64,000 bases of DNA, from the NCBI RefSeq assembly GCF_001194135.2, contig NC_068982.1, forward strand, positions 32,326,627 to 32,390,626. Direction: 5' to 3'. The notes beneath the pieces were generated by a model. It was given only the letters and a program-made list of their open reading frames with translations. It had not been told where the DNA came from and ran no database searches. This DNA is from Octopus bimaculoides. Its lineage: Eukaryota. Both the position numbers and the translations under genes were made by a program. Shown in pieces: positions 48,981 to 60,724 of this stretch (positions are counted from its first letter, which is position 1; every line of letters starts with the position of its first letter).

Positions 48981-51900
48981 TCAGGCAAGCAGTCAGTCAA
49001 CACAGATCAGTTTCTAATTTATATATTTATTTACATATTTTTATAAATATTTATTTATATACCTTTTAAAGACTGGTAATTCAAGGAATGTAGTAATATT
49101 GGAGTTTTTGGAATTTTAAGCCTCCCTTTAAACCCCAACCACCATCATGAACATCACCACCAAAAATTCATATAAAAACAAAATTATAGGCATACATACA
49201 TTTGAAACAAAACCCACAAATTTTATGGTCAACAAAAAGGAATTCCTAAAAGAAACTTTACCATTTTCTTTTTCAGAGTCGCAAGGCTTAAAACCTATAC
49301 GAGGTGGTGTGAAGGATGGGACTGCATGAGAATCATGCCTTTCTCAAGAAGATTAGTGATAGAAGTTAATTGGTTTTCTACAAGCAAATTCGGGTGTGTG
49401 TGTGTTTCTGTATATGTGTGTGTGATTGGGTGTGTACCCATGAGCAAGTGTTAGCGTGTATGTATTCTACATCATTAGAAAAGTGTGTGCATGTGAGTAT
49501 TTAAGATACCAATATGTTAAGTGAGATATTAACAGATATCAGATATTAATTATCATTTGCTGTTTTATAACACACACACATATGTGTGTGTGTGTGTACA
49601 AACAAACACACTAAATATATGATGGGTACAGGATAATGTTAGATTTATTCGTTGAATATAATCACAAATTCTATCATCATCGTCATCACCATCAACTCTA
49701 ATACTGCAGATGTTCACTTATAGTAAAGATAAATACTGTTAGAAGCAAATAAATTTTCAAAATTTTGTATTTAAAAAAAAATTTCTTAACACTTCTATAT
49801 CACATCAGAGACCAACTAACAAGTAACGATTCACAACACTGACCAATTAACAATACTTTTATATCACAACAGAACTAATTAACAACTGTTTTTATCACTG
49901 TCATTTAACTTTCAGAAGATGGCAAGCTAAAAGACTGCTCCAAATCTCAATATCTGTTTTAGTATGGTTCCTACCCAACCACTAATGTCTACTTGTTTCT
50001 GATCATGATTTCTAATCATGAGAGATTGATTATTAACCCTAATATTGTGATAGAGACAAACTGTTAAATAAATAATTTTCCTATTGAGCATCAACTCACA
50101 TTAATCTCAGTAGTTCTGATGTCACAGTAAAATGCACAGAGTACACTCTGCATAGGGTTTGGCAAATCACCAAGTAAATCCTGGAATTGAGAGGAGCCTA
50201 CATTACATTGTCGAAGACATGAAAACCTCATGACAACCATTGGTGTCACAGTAAAATGCACCCAGTACATTCCATGAAGCTGTCGGCATTAAAAAGGGAA
50301 TTCAACCATGGAAACCCTGTCATTTTGAAATATAAGAACGAGACATGCTTTCCTGATCCTAACCCTAAGAGAGAAGTAAATTTCAAAAAAGGACTTACCC
50401 AAATTGTGACCTATTCTTACCAATGCCAACACTGAGAGTGGACATAAAATAATGATGCACAGACAATTCATCTTTTACTTGTTTCAATTATTAGACGGCA
50501 TCCATGCTGTGCCACTCCTTGAAGAATTTTAGACACATGGATCATACCCTGTACTAATTTCTTAAACCTGATACTTATTCTATTGGTCTCTTTTGCTGAA
50601 CCACATACACACGATATATATGAGGGGTTTCTTTCAGTTTCCATCTACCAAATCCACTCACAAAGTTTGGGTTGGCCCAAAGCTATATAGCAGAAGAGAC
50701 ATGCCCAATGTCCTACACAGTGGGACTGAACCTGCAACCATGTGATTGGAAAGCAAACTTCTTGCCAGTCTTTAGGCTATGGCAATGTTGGGGCACCACC
50801 TTGAAGAGTTGAACCAATTGACTCTACTACTTAGTTTTAAACCCGGTACTTAGTCAATTAGTCTCTCTTGTCAAACTACTAACTTACAGGGAATGTAAAC
50901 AAACCAATCACCAATTGTCAAGTGATGGTGGGGCATCAAACACACACACGCACACACAGACACAAGTATACATACAACAGGCTTCTTTCAGTTTCCATCT
51001 ACCAAATTCCCTCACAAGGCTTTGGTTGGCCTGGGGCTATAGAAGACACTTGCTCAAGGTACCTAACAGTGGGACTAAAGTGATGACTACATGGTAATGA
51101 AGTAGGGAGGCAACCTATATACAGAGTTATACAAATTCACAAAGGCACCGATAGTCTTTCAAAACACATCCTGATATATTTTTTATTTATATAGTTTTCT
51201 TTTTAAATAAAATTCTATTCATTTATAAATTCCTTTATTTCACTAATACATAAAATTTATTTTTCATTTAGTTTAAATTTCGTCTACCCTACAGTTTATA
51301 AATCCCTTCAAAAGCAACTCCATAATTCACAACTTATAATCAACTTTAATCCTCATTAAGACTGTTTAAATTAGTCTGCTGATTATAATACTTAGTTCAT
51401 TAATAACATTATTAAAACAAAATACTAATTTACATATTTAGACAGTCAGTCAGACAAACAGGTCTTTTTTTATTGGTGCAAGGTCATTATATCATTTCCA
51501 ATTATGCACCTAAATAATTCTACATTTAAAACTCTTTGTCCTTCTCTGCCCTTGTATTTTTTTTCTCTCTCTCGAAATGTTTGATTGAGTTTGACTTATG
51601 AAGTACAAGATGCGGCAGAAAAACATCCCACATTTTACACAGCCATTGGATTGGCACTATTGAAGTTAAGCAGATGGTAACTGTGTCTTCATTGAGCCGA
51701 TGGTTTACATTTTATCTTTTTTTTTTTTTTTTAAGTTACCATCATGGTTTACATACTTTTTGTATGATGTTGGAACTTTTGTCATCCTATAAAATGTTGG
51801 GTTTTTGTTTTTACTTTTGGTCGTACCCTGTATTAGCAATCGAAATAGTGAAGATTGAACTTGCTTTCTCATCAAACAACATACAATTTAGGTACATATT

Positions 51901-53119
51901 TGGCAATTATAAACGTCTAGTAATGTTAGATTTGATAAGTACTCCATAGCAAAAATTTTTTAAAAAAAACAAAAACAAAACTGCTGCCATGACTACTGAG
52001 AAGATGGCTGAGATATAACTAGGCTGAAGTAAAGATTTACTTGATTAATTTCAGTTTGTCAGGCCCACATGTTCTCCCTAGGGACTACACTCTGAAATGA
52101 CTTTCTCATCTCATAATCCAAACACGTTTTATAAGAGACATTAGCTAATCATTGTTGTAAATAGAGAACATACTTTTAGCGAACATTCAAGGAAAAGTAA
52201 ACATCGAGACAGTTAGCAGCTAATAATTGATATTTTGTCACAATCTTCAATGGTATCCTTAAAGGGTGCTTTTAAATGATTGTTTGATGTGCTAGAAATA
52301 GCAGCTAAAACTTCCTTTGATCACACCCAACTAGCTTTAAAAAAAAAAAGAAGAACATTGGGTAATGTAGTCCTAGATGTACACTATTTTTTAAAAGAAA
52401 GTTGGGATGGCCACAATTGGAATGTATGTTGGGTTAGAAACTAACTTGTTAAATAACAACACCAGGTATTGAGAGATGATGTAAATGATCAATTGGTATT
52501 TTTTTGTTTCAGATTGTTCATTAAATATCCTGCTATTTTGGAAGAGTCATCTTTTATAATTAAACATATGCACTGATATTTTTCTTTTCATTAACAATAC
52601 TGTGAAGGTATCTGGTTTAGTGGAGTGGTGATGAAAACTTCCGTCTATTGTATCTCCAGCTTGCGGATAGGGGAATGGCTTGTAGATATACAGGTTAGCT
52701 GTGGATACTTGATAAGCAGTCCCAGACAAAAATCAAAGGTTGCCCCTTGACAAGGCATAACACCCATTAGCCACCCTGCCAAGGTTATGGTGAAATCCTG
52801 AAGCCCTGCAAAGAGCTGAAATGCCATTATCATTGGAAAGCTGGATAGTAGTAGGGAATGAAAGATGAAGCATAAAAAAGGATATTCTGTCTTTGGACTT
52901 CATTCCAGAACAAATTAGACATCCATGAATCTTGGTCTGGGAAACTTGTCAGTTTGACTGGCACTGCAATCACCTTTAGGATCTGTGACCAATGACAAGA
53001 AATTAGCAATCAAAAAACATTCTATGTCTGAGCAGGCCCGAGTAGATGATGATGATCTGGCCTAGTGTTTACATTCTTTGGTTAAAATCAACTTAGCCAT
53101 TCATAGTTTTGGGGGTCCA

Positions 53120-53490
53120 TTATCATCATCATCATTTAACGTCCGCTTTCCATGCTAACATGGGTTGGATGATTTGACTGAGGACTGGCAAACCAGATGG
53201 CTGCACCAGGCTCCAATCTGATCTGGCAGAGTATATACAGCTGGATGCCCTTTCTAACGCTAACCACTCCGAGAGTTTAGTGGGTGCTTTTACGTGTCAC
53301 TAGCACGAGGGCCAGTCAGGCAATACTGGCAACAGTCACACTCAAGTGGTGTTTTTATGTGCCACCTGTACAAGAGCCAGTCCAGCAGCACTGGCAACGA
53401 CCTTGCTCGAATGTCTTTTTAGGTGCCACCGGCACAAGTGCCAGTAAGGCGATGCTGGTAACGATCATGCTCAAATGGTGTTTTTAATGT
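53120..53490 (+). mobile_element. Family C retroposon
   Basis: CATCATCATTTAACGTCCGCTTTCCATGCTAACATGGGTTGGATGATTTGACTGAGGACTGG..., followed by the internal tandem units. Confidence 0.85.
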
Positions 53491-53629
53491 GCCACTGGAG
53501 TCAATGATAAGCTCCTTCACTCAAAATCTTCCTGGATTTTGAACTCAAAGCGAAGAGCTAGATGAAATATTGCAGAGCATAATTTTCTGGTACTTAAAAA
53601 ATTCTGCAACTTTGCTATCTTCACCTCCT

Positions 53630-53863
53630 ATAACAACAACAACAATAATGGTTTCAAATTTTGCCACAAGGGCAGCAATTTTTTGGAGGAAGGGATGAGG
53701 TGATTACATCGAACCCAGCTTTTCACTGGTACTTAATTTATTGACCCTGAAAGGATGAAAGGTAACATTGACCTCAGTGGAATTTGAACTCAGAACATAA
53801 TGGTGGGCAAAATACTGCTAAGCATTTTATCCAGCATGCTAATGATTCTGCCAGCTTACTGCC

Positions 53864-53902
<39 letters not shown>

Positions 53903-54493
53903 TCTATCATAGGCACAAGGCCTGAAATTTGGGGAAGGGGGATAGTCGATTACATCAACCCCAGTATTTAACTGGTACTTAATTTATTGACTCTGAAAGG
54001 ACGAAAGGTAAAGTTGACCTCGGCGCAATTTGAACTCAGAATGTAGCGACGGGTGAAATACTGCTAAGCATTTTGTCCAGTGTGCTAACGATTCTGCCAG
54101 CTCACCACCTTCTTAATAACAATAACAATAATTATTATTATTATTTCAAATTTTTGTCACAAGGGTAGCTTGGGGGAGGTGGGGATGTGTTGATTACGTC
54201 AATCCTCAGTGTTCAACTGGTACTTATTTTATCAACCCTGAAAGGATGAAAGGCAAAGTTGACCTCAGCAGAATTTAAACTGAGAATGTAGCGACAGGTG
54301 AAAATAATAATATAGGCACAAATTTTGAAGTCGATTAGATCAACCCAGTGTTTCGCTGGTACTTAATTTATTGACCCTGAAAGGATGAAAGGAAAAGTCA
54401 ACCTTGACAGAATTTGAACCCAAAGTGTGAAGACCGATGAAATATCACTAAGCATTTTGCCCAGTGTGCTAACAATTCTGCCAGCTCACCGCC

Positions 54494-54537
<44 letters not shown>

Positions 54538-54790
54538 CCTTTCTATGATAGGCATAAGACCTGAAATTTTGGGAACAAGGGGCTAGTCAATTACATCAAC
54601 CTCAGCAATCAACTAGTGTTTATTTAATGGGCCCTGAAAGGATGAAATGCAAAATTGACTTCAGTGGAACTTGAACTTAGAACGTAAAGAGCCAGAAGAA
54701 ATACTAAGTATTTTGTCCAATGCACTAACAATTCTGCCAGCTCACCATAAGAACAATAATAATAATAACATTAATAATAATAATAATAAA
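53630..54790 (-). mobile_element. Head-to-tail array of five family B SINEs joined by (AAT)n tracts
   Basis: Units start near 53650, 53900, 54140, 54310 and 54535, each with CCCTGAAAGGATGAAAGG and ...AACTCAGAA. Confidence 0.9.
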
Positions 54791-54793
54791 TAC

Positions 54794-55310
54794 CCTGATG
54801 CAGTACCAGGGAGTGGCTCTCGTGGATTCTGATCTTAACTGATTGGAAGTGTTATGTACATTGCTTTGTCTTGGTATAAAAGATGGGCTACAGCAAATAT
54901 TCTACTCAATACCACAGATTTGCTTGTCAGTTGTTTGACCTTAACCAGTTGAGCATGTCCCTTTAGTGGCTGACGATATGTGCATCTCTGATCATGAGCA
55001 GAAGTAGTGGGGGAGCATCATAGCTATGTGTTGAGAGGAATCCTTTGGGATTTGGATAATTCACCTTTGGAAACATGTGTTTTGTTCAACATCCTTAAAT
55101 AAACCTTATTCAGGGACTTTTTGCATGGGATGGACTACACGACCTGAAGAAAATTCTAACTGGGGCCCACCTGCAAGGTCATGCACTATTTATCTAAATA
55201 TGAAATCACTGTGTCGTGCACACATGGTTGTGATGCGTGTGTCTGGTGTACTGAGCTTCGTATATTTTTACCCCAGTGTTACTTTGATGGCATGCACTGC
55301 TCTCTCAATA
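54794..55310 (+). mobile_element. Family E repeat
   Basis: It starts TACCCTGATGCAGTACCAGGGAGTGGCTCTC inside (AAT)n and ends CTCTCTC(AAT)n. It is homologous to 24905-25435. Confidence 0.8.
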
Positions 55311-55399
55311 ATAATAATAATAATAATATTGGAGATGATGATGGGTGAAAGGTAGAGTCAATCATGGAGGCATTTGAATTCAGATCTGGCAGATCACAA

Positions 55400-55800
55400 T
55401 AATTATGATAATAATAATGGACATTACTGGGTTACAAAAAGGTGTACAGAAAGGAAGGTTAAACGAATGAAAAAGTGATAGTATACGATATGTGATGTGT
55501 CTCAAGAAGAGGATTGCCACCCAGAGCCAGATAAGGAACATCAAAAATCCTGTATTACCCTGACTGTCAATATTATACACCCTCTCTCCTCATTTTATTT
55601 CTCAATCTATAGGTACACATTGAAAGTCAAACTCTTCACTCAGAGCCATACTTAGAACTCTCACTCACACCACTCCAACTTGAGAAGGTCAATGAGAGCT
55701 TGACTAAAGATAAAAGTATGTCCCCTCCATTCCAGTCACATCCACTACACAACTTCTTTTGCTAGAGCCACCAGATAAGAAAACATGCTGCCTGGCCTTC
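55400..55800 (-). mobile_element. Tx1-like LINE 3' fragment
   Basis: GTCAATGAGAGCTTGACT and its flanks match 63350-63370. A family D SINE begins at 55805. Confidence 0.65.
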
Positions 55801-56663
55801 CAGGCAAAAGCACATGGCTCAGTGGTTAGACTGCCGGGCCCACAATCATGAGGTAGGGAGTTCGATTTCCAGACCAGGTTGTGTGTTGTGTTCTTGGGCA
55901 AGACACTTTATTTCACGTTTCTCCAGTTCACTCAGCTGTAGAAATGAGCTGCAACATCACAGGGATATGTTCAGGGCAGGAAGAAGAATATAGGCACAAA
56001 GCCTGAAATTTGGGTAAGTGGGTAGTTGATCACATCAACCCCTGCACTTGTGTAGCACTTTATTATATCAACACTGAAAAGATGAAAGTTGACCTTGGCA
56101 GGATTTGAACTCAGAATGTAAATAGCAAAACTACATTTTAACTAATTTGGCTGCTGCTACTGTTGTTACAATCCTGTTTATGATCTTTACTTTTTTTTTT
56201 AATAATCATATTCCACCCCACCCATGCACACTCCTCTCTTCTCAGTTCCTTATACCCCCCTCCATCATGACTTAGAATATAAAAAAAAAATGCCTTTCCA
56301 TCATTATTCTATACGATAAGTTAAATAAAGTTGTCAGTGGGGGCAGGGGTAGACAATGTAAAAGAAGACGATATTCTTTGAAGGTAATTATGAAGATTAA
56401 TCACATCCAGAAAAAATCTGCGACCCACTGCCAACCACCACCACTACCACAATTTCTCTCTCTGCATCCCACCACACTTGTTCCAGTGTACAATAAAAGA
56501 CACACACACACACACAAAACTACACCTAAACAGTCACACAGACATGCAAGTATTGCACTATGGCAAAACACTCAGAGGCATAATTTCTATCTGCCCCTTA
56601 CTACAATCTAATATAGGGTAAACACACAGACTTCTACTCCTTCCATATCACACCTACACCATC

Positions 56664-56700
56664 ACTCACCTGTAGAAAAAAAAACAAAAAAAAACATACA
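56664..56700 (-). other. Candidate recursive splice site (zero-length exon, AG|GT) at 56670/56669
   Basis: The minus strand reads TGTATGTTTTTTTTTGTTTTTTTTTCTACAG|GTGAGTGAT. Confidence 0.35.
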
Positions 56701-57059
56701 TTTCACCTGTTCTTGTATAGTGCAACGCACACATGCACACACAATGCATTCAAATACACAAAGTAAAATTTTAATGGAAAAGATTAAAAGTTAAATAAAC
56801 AAAAGAAATGCCTTAAAAAAATAAACTGAAACTGTATTTAAAATAGTGTGTTGTTGACAGAAGACACAAACTAAATATTTAGGAATTATTCATTAAACTA
56901 CTCCACCACCCTTAGTCTCAGACACGCACTTTTCTAAACAGGTTGATATTGGTGGAATATCTGATATTTGTCTCTAAGGAAGATGATGAGGTTGTGTGTG
57001 TTTTATGAACAGTTATGATGATGTCTGTCTGTAAATGAAGATGGTCATTTTATGAGAGG

Positions 57060-57290
57060 ATTGTATTGAAGAGAGAGAGACAGAGAGACAGAGAGATAGA
57101 CAGAGAGATTGACAGACAGACAAACAGACAGATAGACAGAGAGATTGACAGACAGACAAACAGACAGATAGACAGAGATTGACAAACAAACAAACAGACA
57201 GAGAGATTGACAGACAGACAAACAGACAGATAGACAGAGAGATTGACAGACAGACAAACAGACAGATAGACAGACAGACATATGCATAGA
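57060..57290. repeat. (GACA)n-derived 36-bp higher-order tandem repeat
   Basis: GACAGAGAGATTGACAGACAGACAAACAGACAGATA occurs about five times, some copies with variants. Confidence 0.85.
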
Positions 57291-58620
57291 CAAACAGCTA
57301 ACTAGAATGAGAGAGAGAGAGAGAGAGTGAGGTGGAGATGAAATAAACAAATGAGATAGAAATACAGAGAAAAGTGAAAGTAATGCCTTGTTAAAATGTT
57401 TTTTTTAAAAAAAAGAACAAAATAACCATTTACAAAGAGAAGTAAAAGAAATTTAATTTTCAGACATTTTTTTTTTAATTGCTGTTGTTCCTCCACACAC
57501 ACACACACACAGCTGCAAAGAATATGAAGCAAATGGTTGTGGTGGGGGCACCATGAATGTGGTGGTGGTGGTGGTGGACCAGGATGAACAGCTGGGAGGG
57601 AGGTGGAAAACTGGAATACTGGCAGAATGACAGTGGAAGAGGGAGGGGCCATTGGAACAGATAGCAGGGTGCTGTGGTGGTAATGGTGGTAGTGGCTATG
57701 GCCTTGAGGAAGTGGGGGGGTGAAATTTGTAGTGTATGTCGTTGGGTGTTGATTAAGGAACATTCTAAAGGTGATGTAGAATCACATCACAGAACTATTT
57801 GAGTAGAGGTGAAGTTTAATAAACTGGAGGTGAGGGATACAAAAACTAAGAGAGAACAAGCACGACAATGTAATAATAATAAAAATAATAATAATAATTA
57901 TTATTATTATTATTATTATTATCATTATTATTAGAGATCAGGTAATAGAGTGGAAAGAGGGGAGAGAGGACCTAGAGAGGAGGAGGAGGTGCAGTGAGTG
58001 CAGAATTTCGTGGTGGTGGTGGTGGTTGTGACAACAATAATACTGGTAATGAGAAAGGTAGTGTGAGAGAGAGAGAGTGAAGAATTGGTTGGTGGAATAA
58101 TACAAGAGTGGTAGACATTTCTACAAGCCCCACTTCTCATGGTTGGTATTTTAATCAGCCCTGGAAGAACGAAAGGCAAAGCTGGTATCAGTGGGAATTG
58201 AACTTCTGAACAGCTACAACAGTCAGTTGTGTTAGAGAAGAACCGTTTCGTTGTAGTCTTAGAGGTTGAATATAATCTTGCACAAGCGTTGCTGTGTAGT
58301 TTGCAGCTATGTAGTTTCAAGTTCAGTCCCACTGCATGGCACCTAGCGTGTCTTCTACTTTGGTTCTGGGCCAACCAATGCCTTGTAAATAAATTTGGTA
58401 GACAGAAACTGTGAGAAGCCAGTTGTGTGTATGCGTGCGTCTTTGTGTTTGTTCTGACTACTTGAATAAAAGTTTTTGTTTACATCCCCATAATTTTGCG
58501 ATTCAAAGTACCACACTTTAAATAAGCAACGAAATCAGTTTGTATGACTAACTCTACAAAGTAGTGCTCCAGCATTGCTGCAATCCGACTACAAACACAT
58601 GTAAAAGAATATAAGAGTAA

Positions 58621-59784
58621 TCTATATATATAAAAATGAGAATGTGTGTGTGTCTGTCTGTCTGTGTGAATCCCTAAAACTCGAGAACTACGCAACCAAT
58701 TTCATTCAAATTTTACACATACCTTACTTAGGGTTCCAGTTGTGTTTTAGTCAAAAAAATTTTTTAACTTCTTGCAGAGTTCGAGCCCACGGCAACATAA
58801 TATCTCCTCCACTATTTAAGTATTACGTGTCAAAAGTGAAACAAAAACACTCCTGTCAAATACTTTCACTTTAAAAATGAAACTATTCNNNNNNNNNNNN
58901 NNNNNNNNNNNNNNNNNNNNNNNNNNNNNNNNNNNNNNNNNNNNNNNNNNNNNNNNNNNNNNNNNNNNNNNNNNNNNNNNNNNNNNNNNNNNNNNNNNNN
59001 NNNNNNNNNNNNNNNNNNNNNNNNNNNNNNNNNNNNNNNNNNNNNNNNNNNNNNNNNNNNNNNNNNNNNNNNNNNNNNNNNNNNNNNNNNNNNNNNNNNN
59101 NNNNNNNNNNNNNNNNNNNNNNNNNNNNNNNNNNNNNNNNNNNNNNNNNNNNNNNNNNNNNNNNNNNNNNNNNNNNNNNNNNNNNNNNNNNNNNNNNNNN
59201 NNNNNNNNNNNNNNNNNNNNNNNNNNNNNNNNNNNNNNNNNNNNNNNNNNNNNNNNNNNNNNNNNNNNNNNNNNNNNNNNNNNNNNNNNNNNNNNNNNNN
59301 NNNNNNNNNNNNNNNNNNNNNNNNNNNNNNNNNNNNNNNNNNNNNNNNNNNNNNNNNNNNNNNNNNNNNNNNNNNNNNNNNNNNNNNNNNNNNNNNNNNN
59401 NNNNNNNNNNNNNNNNNNNTTCAACGGTACAGATTTCTGCAATGTGGTGCATAAATTGTCAAGTAAATGAGACGCATCTTTGCCTCCACTGATTCACTTG
59501 CAAAGTGTTGAGTAAAATTATTTCGTTGCAGACCTCCTTTGGGTCTTTTTATTATCACTGCGACACACATAGTCCCCAGTTGGTAACATTGATTTCAAGG
59601 CCCTCCTAGATGAGAGACTGGCATTCCACTTAATGTCTATGTTCCATGCTGGCATGGATTGGAGAGTTATTAATGTAGAAATATGGTATCGTAGCTACTA
59701 ACAGTTGCGGGTTGCGTAGTCTAGACGGCGTTTTTAGATTTCATTATTCTCTTTAACCCGGGCAAAGCCGGGTATTTCTGCTAG
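58621..59784 (+). mobile_element. Non-autonomous Helitron (spans a gap)
   Basis: It is inserted A|T. The 5' end is TCTATATATATAAAAATGAG, the subterminal hairpin is CCCGGGCAAAGCCGGG (59757-59772) and the 3' end is CTAG at 59781-59784. Confidence 0.85.
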
Positions 59785-59978
59785 TTAATAATAAAGTTAA
59801 GTTAAAATTCTGCTGGGATCAACTCGAGTTTTAATGTTTAAAAGTAACTGGCAGCTGTTTCATCTTCGTCTTTATGAAATTATTTGTTAAAAGAGAAAGA
59901 TCAGAGACATTATTTGTGATGAAGTCAACTAGAATCAACTAGTGAAGACTGTCACTGGGTTAGAAGGAAGAAGGCTAT

Positions 59979-60128
59979 TTACGTAACAGAAATACACACT
60001 TCATACATCTGTCTATCTATATTGTGTTTGTGTGTGTCAAGGAGAACCAGCATAGTGTGTGTGTGCATATATATATATGTATATATATATGACAGCCAGA
60101 GCAAAATAATGATTGTTTTCTTTTTTTG

Positions 60129-60175
<47 letters not shown>

Positions 60176-60724
60176 CACTTTGTCATTTCAATAAGTAGTT
60201 TGTTGTTCACTCGCTCTTGTTGTTGTTGTTATTTACGTAACTGAGACCTGTCAAGTATATATATGAGGAATTTTTCATAAGATACCAGCAGACAACATGC
60301 CAAGCAACTGGTCATGGTCTATTAAGTCAGGCACTGAGAATTATTTTGACCTGGTGACCTTTGTATTAGATGAGTAAGATAAGTTAGGTCCAGAAAGTGG
60401 TTGCTTTATTTTATTTTATTTTATTTTATTTTTTCATATGGGGGTTGTTGGTTTTTTTTTGTTGTTGTTTTTTTAAGCCCTCAAAAAAATCTTTAAATAG
60501 AAACTAATAATATAGCTGTTGAGTGAAGAACAATAAAAAGAAGAATAGCATTAACAGTGGGTAGTAAATAAATAAATGACGATGTTGAAAAAAATTTTTT
60601 TAAGGTTTTAGCTCAGTCCCCATTACCACGAAGTAGAGGACAAAAAAGGAGACAATATATTTTAAAAAATGATTAAAAAAAAAGTTATGTAAACAAGTCA
60701 ACAACAACAACAACAATTACGTAA
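59979..60724. promoter_or_regulatory. Cluster of PAR-bZIP/NFIL3 D-box-like motifs (candidate enhancer)
   Basis: TTACGTAA occurs at 59979, 60233 and 60717 (each followed by C) and TTATGTAA at 60685, in mostly non-TE sequence. Confidence 0.3.

Noticed and set aside
57302-57763. 153-aa Pro/His-rich ORF resembling a Gab proline-rich tail
   Set aside because: It lies upstream of the PH exon, derives from (GGT)n/(CA)n simple repeats and has no PxxxRxxKP or YxxM motifs.
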